Below, piece after piece: positions 1 through 7,232 of a stretch of DNA of 34,440 bases; within the stretch, counting starts at the first letter, position 1, and each line of letters begins with the position of its first letter. This DNA comes from a virus: positions 1-34,440 of the IMG/VR virus record IMGVR_UViG_3300029555_000016; one strand, given 5' to 3'. The position numbers and the translations under genes were made by a program. Below the pieces are notes generated by a model. It was not told the origin of the DNA, searched no databases, and saw only the letters and a program-made list of their open reading frames with translations.

Positions 1-99
1 AAACCTGTTTTGTTTCCGAACTCCAACATTAAATCCTGCGTGACCACTGCACTATCAAACACCCACGCTTCATTATACGGTCCCGGAAGAATAACTCCA
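1..99. repeat. Terminal direct overlap, copy 1 (identical to 34342..34440)
   Basis: Read by eye: aaacctgttttgtttccgaactccaac...cggaagaataactcca occurs at both ends. Confidence 0.95.
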
Positions 100-1091
100 T
101 AGCTCCCCATTTCCGCATAGAAGTCGTTATACCAACGCACCATTTCCGAAACTTGCATCGTATTCGGTATCGGCTCTCCCGCCTTTTTTGGATCGAGATA
201 GAACGTTGATAGTTTAATCAGATTCCCATCAGGGAAAATCCCCCACGCACAAACGGCAGTCGGATCTTTCACTACCCCGCTGTCTACTCCGTAAATGATA
301 TACAACGGCTGGTATCCGTTACGATTTACAGCCGTTTTAAACGCATCTAATGAAATTAAGTTTCGCTCTCGATTGAACGTATAAAGCACTAATCCTTCAA
401 GGCTGATTTTCTGTCCTAAATACCAATATTTGAACTGCTGCGGATTGTCCCGCTTCATCGTCAGTATCTCATCGATAGTAGCAGAATTTAACAGCTTATA
501 AATGTCTTTATACGTCGTATAGATCCGTTTCGCCCCGTCCTCGACCATCTTTCCAAAATAGCTATGTGCCCAATGCCCAAGATTTGGGGGAGGATTGTAA
601 GCATAAATAATCTTTCCATCAGGTTTTAAAAATTTATTCGCCGTCGTTTCTGCCGCACGGATATGTTGATAACTCTTAGCCTCGTTCGCTTCGTCTAAGA
701 TGAACATAGCCAAACTTCTATCCTGCGGCACAAATCCCTTCGTAGTATTCAGATCATCCCGCGTCTTGCCGTTTATCCCTCCGAAATAGCATTTAGCGCC
801 CGTCAGTGTGCAAATCGCTTCCATAGGGTTTAATTTATATTGAAAGTATCTCTCTACTCCCAACGATTGAATCGTTGCCAAAAAAGAACTGAACACCGAC
901 GTTCTTATATCCCCTTTTTCTGCGCGGCAATACCAAATGTTGTTCTTCCTGCTTTCCATCATTTTACATACAGCCACGGTTTCATTGGTCGTAGACTTCC
1001 CCGACGTTCTGCCGCTTTCTTCTACGATCTTACGCACAGCAGGCGAAAGCAACGGAGAAAACGGCTTGGGCACAATGCTTTTAATCTCCAT
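1..1091 (-). CDS. terL: Terminase large subunit, N-terminal ATPase part (gene wraps around the window ends)
   Basis: Minus-strand frame is open from ATG 1091 to base 1; it is absent from the ORF track because it runs off the edge. My translation reads MEIKSIVPKPFSPLL..EESGRTSGKSTT (Walker A) .. MFILDEANE (Walker B-like). The ATG overlaps the terS stop (ATGGAGATTAA). Confidence 0.9.
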   Translation of the reverse strand, partial: MEIKSIVPKPFSPLLSPAVRKIVEESGRTSGKSTTNETVAVCKMMESRKNNIWYCRAEKGDIRTSVFSSFLATIQSLGVERYFQYKLNPMEAICTLTGAKCYFGGINGKTRDDLNTTKGFVPQDRSLAMFILDEANEAKSYQHIRAAETTANKFLKPDGKIIYAYNPPPNLGHWAHSYFGKMVEDGAKRIYTTYKDIYKLLNSATIDEILTMKRDNPQQFKYWYLGQKISLEGLVLYTFNRERNLISLDAFKTAVNRNGYQPLYIIYGVDSGVVKDPTAVCAWGIFPDGNLIKLSTFYLDPKKAGEPIPNTMQVSEMVRWYNDFYAEMGSYGVILPGPYNEAWVFDSAVVTQDLMLEFGNKTG

Positions 1092-1452
1092 CTTCTCCTC
1101 CGCTCATGTCCTCTATTGATAACACGACTTTGAAATCGTTATCTCCGACCGTCAGTTCGTTTTCCTTAGGTTCTTTCTGTCCCAACATCTGCTTCCCAAG
1201 CCAAATTGCCATTGAAGCGTTCGTTTTTGCTAAATTAAATTGATACCTTCTTAAAGAAATTTTGCCGCTCGCTGAATGCTTTTTATAGACCTCCGCAAAA
1301 TTCATCCCATAAATCTTTTTACACCACCGTTCTATCGTGTCCGCCGAACATTTGAACCATGACGCTATCTCCTCCAAGGGACATTGTAAACCGCATAATT
1401 TTTCAAAATCTTCCTGCTTAATCTCTATGGGCGGTCGCCCCGCTTTCGACAT
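1081..1452 (-). CDS. terS: Terminase small subunit (HTH type)
   Basis: 123 aa, MSKAGRPPIEIKQEDFEKLCGLQCPLEEIASWFKCSADTIERW. This is the N-terminal HTH seen in small terminases. It sits immediately upstream of terL and overlaps it. Confidence 0.75.
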   Translation of the reverse strand: MSKAGRPPIEIKQEDFEKLCGLQCPLEEIASWFKCSADTIERWCKKIYGMNFAEVYKKHSASGKISLRRYQFNLAKTNASMAIWLGKQMLGQKEPKENELTVGDNDFKVVLSIEDMSGGEDGD

Positions 1453-1475
1453 CTATCCTCACCGCCTTTTTTTGT

Positions 1476-2105
1476 CTATTTCAGCGATTTTACAATCTCT
1501 TTTTCTCGCTCCGACAATTTCCATGTATAATTCCGTTTTTTTTCTGCTTCCCTTCTTTCTGCTTCTTTTCTCTCGGCAACCATGGAGTCCGAAATCAAAT
1601 ACCCGGAACCGAATATGCCTTTTTTTACTTTCTTTTGTTCGTCAAGTTCGGATATTCGGCAGCAACTTTCAGGCAAAACAGAAAACGAAACGCCGTATTT
1701 TGAAAACCGAGCAAATGTACTTGACGTAACGACTTCGCTCGGATACTCATAAGCAGGCAGTTCTTTTACCATTTGTTTAAGATTTTCGTTATTTGCTTCC
1801 TCTATCTTCGCATAAAGGTCGGGTGCGCTTCGTATTTCAAATTTATCCATATTCGTGACAAAAGAAGTATTCACGTTCGCTCCGTTTTCATAAACGATAG
1901 TATTTCCGCAAATAACCTTATGCGCGGATTTTATACTCGCAATCGTAAGTGTTGGGGCGAACAGAAAAAATTTTATATTATTTTTTTGATACCATTTACA
2001 AATTTCGGAGATAATCGAAAACGGAGGATTATCTACGACGACGGAAGCGGGTGTATATTTTTCTTTCTTGTAATCACCGTTCGGAACAAACGGACGCATA
2101 AAATC
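1476..2105 (-). CDS. C-terminal part of the same amino-methyltransferase (DNPPFS catalytic motif), reached by a -1 shift from the 2033..2674 frame
   Basis: This frame is open upstream of its first Met and reads ..KKDFMRPFVPNGDYKKEKYTPASVVVDNPPFSIISEICKWY (DPPF motif IV). It overlaps the upstream ORF by 67 nt. I count a joined product of about 399 aa. Confidence 0.8.
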   Translation of the reverse strand, partial: DFMRPFVPNGDYKKEKYTPASVVVDNPPFSIISEICKWYQKNNIKFFLFAPTLTIASIKSAHKVICGNTIVYENGANVNTSFVTNMDKFEIRSAPDLYAKIEEANNENLKQMVKELPAYEYPSEVVTSSTFARFSKYGVSFSVLPESCCRISELDEQKKVKKGIFGSGYLISDSMVAERKEAERREAEKKRNYTWKLSEREKEIVKSLK

Positions 2106-2674
2106 TTTTTTTGAACACCGTAATATTTCACGACATAATCCGCCACGGTTTCATAAATATTCTCCGGCGTGTAACAGTCGTCTGTTGTTTTCTTTGCTTC
2201 AAATTTTTGCAAAAATTCCTGATATTCTTCACTGTGCTCCGAAAGCTCCCCCGCTTCCATACGTTGACGAAATTCGCGCTTTTTTTCTTCGTATTCATCC
2301 GCTTCGTTTTCCGGAATTTCCCAATCGATGTCAAAATCAGAAAAATCTAAATCGGATATATCGTTCCGTAAAAGGTCAAAATCCCACTCGCTCTCGTTCA
2401 ATTTATTATCGAGATTTCGCAGCTTTTTTACTTGATCCGATGAAAGGTCGGCGGCTATGTTACATGGCACTGTTTCTAAATTTAATAACTTTGCCGCTTC
2501 ATATCTACAATGTCCGATAATGATGACATTGTTTTTATCCAATACGATCGGCTGTCGGAAACCAAACTGACGAATACTTTCCGCAACGTTCTTTATTTGT
2601 GTCTCCGAATGCTTCTTCGCATTTCCTTTATACGGCTTTATCTCGTTTATCTTCCGCTCTATCGTGTTTAACAT
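2033..2674 (-). CDS. ParB/Srx N-terminal domain protein carrying the N-terminal part of an amino-methyltransferase domain (0-frame product, 213 aa)
   Basis: KPYKGNAKKHSETQIKNVAESIRQFGFRQPIVLDKNNVIIIGHCRYEAAKLL is a ParB-N-like motif. It is followed by an acidic linker and then TTDDCYTPENIYETVADYV. The tail after GVQKK (ILCVRLFRTVITRKK...) looks out of frame. Confidence 0.8.
   Translation of the reverse strand: MLNTIERKINEIKPYKGNAKKHSETQIKNVAESIRQFGFRQPIVLDKNNVIIIGHCRYEAAKLLNLETVPCNIAADLSSDQVKKLRNLDNKLNESEWDFDLLRNDISDLDFSDFDIDWEIPENEADEYEEKKREFRQRMEAGELSEHSEEYQEFLQKFEAKKTTDDCYTPENIYETVADYVVKYYGVQKKILCVRLFRTVITRKKNIHPLPSS
2105..2112 (-). other. A7 tract containing an A_AAA_AAG slippery heptamer in the 0 frame; site of the ParB/MTase frame change
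   Basis: Minus-strand mRNA reads GGT GTT CAA AAA AAG ATT. A -1 slip, or an eighth A, gives ..Q K K D F M R P F V P N.. A weak hairpin CCGTTtgttccgAACGG lies 11 nt downstream. Confidence 0.7.
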
Positions 2675-2699
2675 TACGCCTCCACTCCTTTTGCCCGCG

Positions 2700-2733
2700 A
2701 AAAAGGCGCCGCGTCAAGGGGATACGCAACGCC
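2700..2733 (-). terminator. Intrinsic terminator in the leader of the late (packaging) genes
   Basis: Minus strand reads GGCGUUGCGU-auccccuug-ACGCGGCGCC, a 10-bp stem with two G.U pairs, followed directly by UUUUU. It lies 26 nt upstream of the ParB-MTase ATG. Confidence 0.7.
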
Positions 2734-2788
2734 TCAGGGTGGGCTTTTGTTCGGGGAAAAGCTTTCTCTTCTCTTTTTCCACGATACC

Positions 2789-2797
2789 ATTATAGCA
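2789..2797 (-). promoter_or_regulatory. Extended -10 promoter element (TGcTATAAT) with no recognisable -35; candidate activator-dependent late promoter
   Basis: Minus strand reads ...ccgttttaataTGcTATAATggtatcg. There is no TTGACA-like hexamer at 16-18 nt. It lies between the RinA/ArpU-like gene and the late genes. Confidence 0.45.
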
Positions 2798-2838
2798 TAT
2801 TAAAACGGATAAAAACTGCAATAAAATTGCACCATTTT

Positions 2839-3261
2839 TTAAAACAAATTATACTCCTCGGCTATCATTTCCGCAGTAAAGTAGATTTCTTCTTCCCAAT
2901 ACATTGCCGTACGCTCTGAAATGCTTGATCTCAATGCGGTCTTTCGATAACTGAAACGCCGAAACCACCGATTAATTATGTATTGATACTTGCCCTTCGA
3001 ACCGTATTTTTTATCTTCGATTTTGTAATACTCTAACGTTCGACGAACTATCTCTATCTTTTTCTCATTCGCTTCCTTGCGGTCAATGTATCGAATACAG
3101 GAATTTTCCGTGCCATTGGCAAAGTTATCCGAAACGACAGAAGGGCGAGAGTAATCCACCCCGCCCAAGCCCGGTATTGTCATTTGTTCAATCCTGCGTT
3201 TATTCGTTATATAATCCCGAAACGCTAATTTGATATACTCCCGCTTTTCTTTACTCGTCAT
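2839..3261 (-). CDS. RinA/ArpU-like late transcription regulator
   Basis: 140 aa. The C-terminal ..YIINRWFRRFSYRKTALRSSISERTAMYWEEEIYFTAEMIAEEY resembles the sigma-region-4-like HTH of RinA/ArpU activators. Its position as the last early gene before terS is the canonical one. Confidence 0.55.
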   Translation of the reverse strand: MTSKEKREYIKLAFRDYITNKRRIEQMTIPGLGGVDYSRPSVVSDNFANGTENSCIRYIDRKEANEKKIEIVRRTLEYYKIEDKKYGSKGKYQYIINRWFRRFSYRKTALRSSISERTAMYWEEEIYFTAEMIAEEYNLF

Positions 3262-3273
3262 TCTTTTTCTCTC

Positions 3274-3702
3274 CTAAAACGGTATATCGTCGTCATCGTC
3301 CAAAGCCTGTAAAACGGGCTTCCTTGCGTTTTTCGCTTGTCCACGGGTGTTTCCTCGCGGAGGCTCACTTTCCTTCTCCTGCGCTTCGTGAGGGCTTAAA
3401 AACTCTATCTCCGATACCTGCACTTCCCACACTGTCTTTTTTACGCCCTGCCTATCTTCATAAGCGCGCGACTGCATACTCCCGATGACAGCGATTTTGT
3501 TGCCTTTTTTGGTATACCGCGCTACCGCATCCGCCGTCTGCCGCCAGGCTGTGCAATTGAAAAAGTCCGTTTGCTTTTCCCCGTTCTGGTCGGCGTATGC
3601 TCTCCCGACTGCAATGGAAAACTTGCACACCGCGACTCCTGCCGCCGTTTCCGAGAACTCCGGATCTCTTGTTAAATTTCCGATTAAGTGTATTCGATTC
3701 AT
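3274..3702 (-). CDS. ssb: Single-stranded DNA-binding protein
   Basis: MNRIHLIGNLTRDPEF...FFNCTAWRQTAD is an OB fold, and the C-terminus carries the acidic tip DDDDDIPF. Confidence 0.92.
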   Translation of the reverse strand: MNRIHLIGNLTRDPEFSETAAGVAVCKFSIAVGRAYADQNGEKQTDFFNCTAWRQTADAVARYTKKGNKIAVIGSMQSRAYEDRQGVKKTVWEVQVSEIEFLSPHEAQEKESEPPRGNTRGQAKNARKPVLQALDDDDDIPF

Positions 3703-4070
3703 TTCTCTATCGCCTCCAATTCTTTCAACCGTGCTTCTGCGGCTTCGCGGGTGAGGAAAGCCCTTTTATTTACGCACCCGTCACAAATCCTATAAATATT
3801 TTTTGCGGTAACTTCTGTTTTCATTATTCGCCACCCCGAAGAATGTACGGGCGTTTCATGCCCCTTTTTATCAAATTCATAGCCGTCACTGAAAACCAAT
3901 CCTACCGAATACACCGTATCTCCCACCTCGCACGGCAACTCTACCAGCTTCCCAGCTTCGAGTTTGTCCTCCAACTCGGCAAGATAGATATAATATGGAT
4001 TTGTAGTATTCCCGTTTTCTTTCATGGCTTTTGCCGTTTTACTATCCGTCAATCTCTTATACTCGCTCAT
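3699..4070 (-). CDS. Hypothetical phage protein
   Basis: Start placed at MSEYKRL (ATGA overlap with the upstream stop). Coding-like composition; no motif recognised. Confidence 0.6.
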   Translation of the reverse strand: MSEYKRLTDSKTAKAMKENGNTTNPYYIYLAELEDKLEAGKLVELPCEVGDTVYSVGLVFSDGYEFDKKGHETPVHSSGWRIMKTEVTAKNIYRICDGCVNKRAFLTREAAEARLKELEAIEK

Positions 4071-4267
4071 TCCTCTACCACCTTCGCCCCACAATTCGGG
4101 CAATACTTTATCTCAAATTCGCGGCGTGTTCTATCCTCATACCAAATCCCGTCATCAATGTCTTCATCAATTTCAGTTCGGGAAAAATCATCTGTCATAA
4201 ACCCGCATTCCGAGCAGATAAATTCGTCAACGGGATTTTCTTTCGTTAAATTCTTACAGATTTTCAT
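4067..4267 (-). CDS. Small zinc-ribbon protein
   Basis: 66 aa with CSEC...CPNC cysteine pairs. Confidence 0.6.
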   Translation of the reverse strand: MKICKNLTKENPVDEFICSECGFMTDDFSRTEIDEDIDDGIWYEDRTRREFEIKYCPNCGAKVVEE

Positions 4268-4285
4268 TTTTTCTCCTCCGACAAC

Positions 4286-4615
4286 TTAATCTATAAGAAT
4301 ATCAATGTACTCTTCTTCTGATAAATATCCGAATGGAAGATTACCGTCATCTATTATAAGCGCTTTCTCGGTTGTAGTAAGTTCTTTCGGACATTTCAAA
4401 ACACGGTAACGCGTTCTTGCATAATAGGTTCTGATTAATTCAAAAACAAAATCATTACTATTAATTACCTCTTCACGGGCGCATTCTTCTTCCTTGAATA
4501 GCCGCTTAACCGAGTATTTTGTCCTTAATTCTTTGTAAATTTCTTTATTCATTGCGGATTTTTCAGTCGAATTTTCGGTAAATGCCCAGCCCGAATAAAT
4601 TTTTTTGTCTATCAT
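4286..4615 (-). CDS. Hypothetical phage protein
   Basis: 109-aa ORF, same strand, tightly packed with its neighbours. Confidence 0.55.
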   Translation of the reverse strand: MIDKKIYSGWAFTENSTEKSAMNKEIYKELRTKYSVKRLFKEEECAREEVINSNDFVFELIRTYYARTRYRVLKCPKELTTTEKALIIDDGNLPFGYLSEEEYIDILID

Positions 4616-4917
4616 TCCTCGCCCTCCTCGATGAACGCCGTCACACCGTATCGCTCTTTGAAAAACATCTTTATTGTATCTGGCGCAACGTTTATCACAC
4701 CGCTTTTAACTATATACTCGAATATCTCCCGCGCCGTTTCTTTTCGCACTTCCTCGGCTTTCTGATAGCCTGCGTTATAGAGTATCTGCGCCCTATGGAT
4801 GTTACAAGCCCCAAAAGCTTTTACTTGTTCTTTATCCATTTTCGGGCACTTCTCACTGGGACATTCGCTTCCGTCTATAAGTTTCGCCATTTCTTCAATC
4901 TGTTCCTGTTCAGTCAT
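4612..4917 (-). CDS. Hypothetical phage protein
   Basis: 101 aa. ATGA-type overlap with the upstream gene; GAGGTG ribosome-binding site. Confidence 0.6.
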   Translation of the reverse strand: MTEQEQIEEMAKLIDGSECPSEKCPKMDKEQVKAFGACNIHRAQILYNAGYQKAEEVRKETAREIFEYIVKSGVINVAPDTIKMFFKERYGVTAFIEEGEE

Positions 4918-5107
4918 CGCACACCTCGATGTTGATAAAATCTTCCTTGGATTTTTGTTTGATTTCTTCTTGAATTTTTATATCTGCTAATTCATGAGTC
5001 CAAACGGATCTGCCCAGTTTTTCCTCAATGTATTGGTGCATATCTGCAAAGTTCCCGATTAACATTCCTGTGTAAGCCGATACAATCGCCGCTTCTCTTT
5101 TAGTCAC
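4910..5107 (-). CDS. Hypothetical phage protein
   Basis: Start moved to GTG 5107, which lies 6 nt after GGAGG. Translation reads VTKREAAIVSAYTGMLIGNFADMHQYIEEKLG... Confidence 0.55.
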   Translation of the reverse strand: MTKREAAIVSAYTGMLIGNFADMHQYIEEKLGRSVWTHELADIKIQEEIKQKSKEDFINIEVCDD

Positions 5108-5148
5108 CGCACACCTCCGTTTCAATCTCATTTATCTTTTTATAAATT

Positions 5149-6579
5149 TTATCCACGTCGTCGTCCACTACACAGCAGTTGCCGACTATATAACTTTTCA
5201 GCTTCTCTCCAAATTCTTTTACTGTATTCTCCGCTCCTTTTATGTACTCCAAAATGATATTTCGTAACTGCTATCGGGAACTCCTCAATTTCGCTCGCCC
5301 AAAGACAACTTCCTTTCCCGTTGAGTTCTTCCCAGATCAGCGGAAAACCTCCGATTCCGTCAAATAGACTTGCCATTGTCGCGTTTCTTTCGTAACACGC
5401 GCAAAGCCGCTTTATTACCCACCGCCACGGCGGCAGTGCTATCGAATTACCCAGTGCCTTATACCGCGCCGCATCGCTCGTTTTATGTACCTTTCCCGCG
5501 TCGTCCGTCCATTCGCCTATATTCGTCCAATTATCGGGATAGCCTTGCAAGCGCTCGCATTCTAACGGCGTTAAACGACGTATCCCGTATGAGTTCATTA
5601 CGGCTTGCTGGTCATGCATACAGTTTAGCGCACCTGACTTTTCGTGCAAATCCGTTTGATTTTTCTGTCCGTTTCCCACTGCATAACACACCGCTCCCGG
5701 ACCTTTCGACGTCAAAGAAAACGCTGTTCCTTTATCGTCTATTCCGACGGCGTATTTTGCATTCTTGCCTTGATTATAGGCACTTCGGTCAAGGCATATC
5801 GGCACTTGATTACCGCTCGTTCCCATTCGGTTTTGTAACGTCAGAGCATTCTCCCCGCATTCTCTGATTACTTCGTCGGCATGACTCATATCGTAGCACA
5901 CCGCCATTCCTGTACTTCCCGCGCGCAAAGTTTCGCTTCGTTCTTCTTCCGCGCCCACGCTTCCCGCCTTACTGCCCATTAAGTAGTTAAACCCGATTGC
6001 CTTTCCAACGCTTCTTTCAGTATCGGCGGCAGCTCTTTCCCGCGTTTCTCCGCCCGCCGTAACACGCCCCTGCAAGCTTTTTCGGACAAATAATATTTCG
6101 GGTGCGGATTCTCCTCCAAAATCTGCGACAAGCGCGATTCTACGGCGACGCTGGGGCACTCCCCAAAACTGTGCGTCGAGTACTCGCCAAGCAACACTCC
6201 ACCCGTTTCCCATGATACACCCGCAAGTCCGCCACTTCCAGTTCGCAGGTCGAGGAATAACGGCTCCTTTATCCGCAATTCTTGCCGTTTCTTCCAACAC
6301 GACGCGGAAATCATCTCCGTCGTTTGAACTGAACGCGCCGAGTACGTTTTCCCACACCATATATCGAGGTCTAATTTCAGCTGCTCCACTTTTCTCGCTC
6401 GCCTCCCGCATTTCCTTGATTATCCGTATCTGCTCCATAAACAGTCCGCTGCGCACACCGTTTAATCCCGCGCGTTTCCCTGCTACCGACAGATCCTGAC
6501 ACGGACTCCCGCCGATTATTACGTCCACGGACGGCGCGGCGTAACCGCTTATTTTCGTTATATCACCGAGATGTTTCAT
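5149..6579 (-). CDS. DNA (cytosine-5) methyltransferase with non-canonical motif order (III-IV-VI-VIII-TRD-IX-X followed by I-II)
   Basis: Motifs in order: MKHLGDITK, GGSPCQDLS (IV), VWENV (VI), GVPQRRRRIALVADFGG (VIII), RRLTPLECERLQGYPDNW (IX), ALGNSIALP (X), then MASLFDGIGGF (I) and WASEIEEFPIAVTKYHF (II). Confidence 0.85.
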   Translation of the reverse strand: MKHLGDITKISGYAAPSVDVIIGGSPCQDLSVAGKRAGLNGVRSGLFMEQIRIIKEMREASEKSGAAEIRPRYMVWENVLGAFSSNDGDDFRVVLEETARIADKGAVIPRPANWKWRTCGCIMGNGWSVAWRVLDAQFWGVPQRRRRIALVADFGGESAPEILFVRKSLQGRVTAGGETRERAAADTERSVGKAIGFNYLMGSKAGSVGAEEERSETLRAGSTGMAVCYDMSHADEVIRECGENALTLQNRMGTSGNQVPICLDRSAYNQGKNAKYAVGIDDKGTAFSLTSKGPGAVCYAVGNGQKNQTDLHEKSGALNCMHDQQAVMNSYGIRRLTPLECERLQGYPDNWTNIGEWTDDAGKVHKTSDAARYKALGNSIALPPWRWVIKRLCACYERNATMASLFDGIGGFPLIWEELNGKGSCLWASEIEEFPIAVTKYHFGVHKRSGEYSKRIWREAEKLYSRQLLCSGRRRG

Positions 6580-6585
6580 TTTTCT

Positions 6586-7005
6586 TTAAACCAGTTTCAA
6601 TTCCACTTCAACTCTGGCGGAATACCCGTATACCTTTTCGACCGTCAAGGAAATTACTCCGCTATCATCGTAGTAGGCGACCCCGTTTAACGCATCTAAA
6701 ATTGATTTTGCGATGTTATCCACGTCAGGCTTTCCCGAAGGCTTGATCTCGCCTCTCAGCGCCGCCTCCCGCTTCTTTTTGGAAAACCTCGCGGGAATCT
6801 CGTACACCGCTTTGATATGTACCTCGAACAGGTTTTTCCCGTAATACCCGCCCCCTGACGCCTGATAGCTCCAACGCACCAGATCTTCATAGCTTTTCGT
6901 TTTCTCAGGCGTGATACTCTGCATTTTTCCCATTCGCCGATTGTAAAATGTTCTTGCACGCGCCTTTCCCTGCGGCTTTCCTTCAACGATGAATTTCATC
7001 TCCAC
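6586..7005 (-). CDS. rusA: RusA-family Holliday-junction resolvase
   Basis: ..GKPQGKARAR.. and ..KPDVDNIAKSILDALNGVAYYDDSGV.. are typical RusA motifs. Confidence 0.88.
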   Translation of the reverse strand: MEMKFIVEGKPQGKARARTFYNRRMGKMQSITPEKTKSYEDLVRWSYQASGGGYYGKNLFEVHIKAVYEIPARFSKKKREAALRGEIKPSGKPDVDNIAKSILDALNGVAYYDDSGVISLTVEKVYGYSARVEVELKLV

Positions 7006-7232
7006 AGCCTCCGCGCTTCCTCTCGCCTTTCCATTCGGTATTCCGCATACACCATGCTCTCCCCGTTCTGAGATTTCCCTACACGCAAATACGTCTTTAT
7101 CGGATAGCCTTGCTTCTTCAAGTCGTATATCCGCGCTCCTAACCGCATAATCCCGTATCTCTCCATCGCTTCAAGGCTCGTAATACCCCCGTTATCCAGC
7201 AAATGCCTCAATACCGCCTCATTCTGCGTCAT
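6996..7232 (-). CDS. Small winged-helix DNA-binding protein
   Basis: 78 aa; NEAVLRHLLDNGGITSLEAMERYGIMRLGARIYDLKKQGYPI. Confidence 0.6.
   Translation of the reverse strand: MTQNEAVLRHLLDNGGITSLEAMERYGIMRLGARIYDLKKQGYPIKTYLRVGKSQNGESMVYAEYRMERREEARRLWR

Noticed and set aside
3597-4289. Long plus-strand ORFs antisense to minus-strand genes, including 840..1133, 7337..7813, 8035..8517, 10137..10571, 16496..16966, 16983..17432 and 31731..32153
   Set aside because: These are shadow frames of well-supported minus-strand genes. Their translations are rich in Arg, Ser, Pro, Phe and Leu, they have no ribosome-binding sites, and they span several real genes.
6756-6986. Same-strand alternative-frame ORFs inside rusA (6756..6986), the scaffold gene (31004..31264), the capsid gene (29749..30072, 30432..30689), and 11151..11372 and 18476..18709
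   Set aside because: The translations are Arg/Gly-rich with no start signals, and the host frames carry the recognisable motifs.
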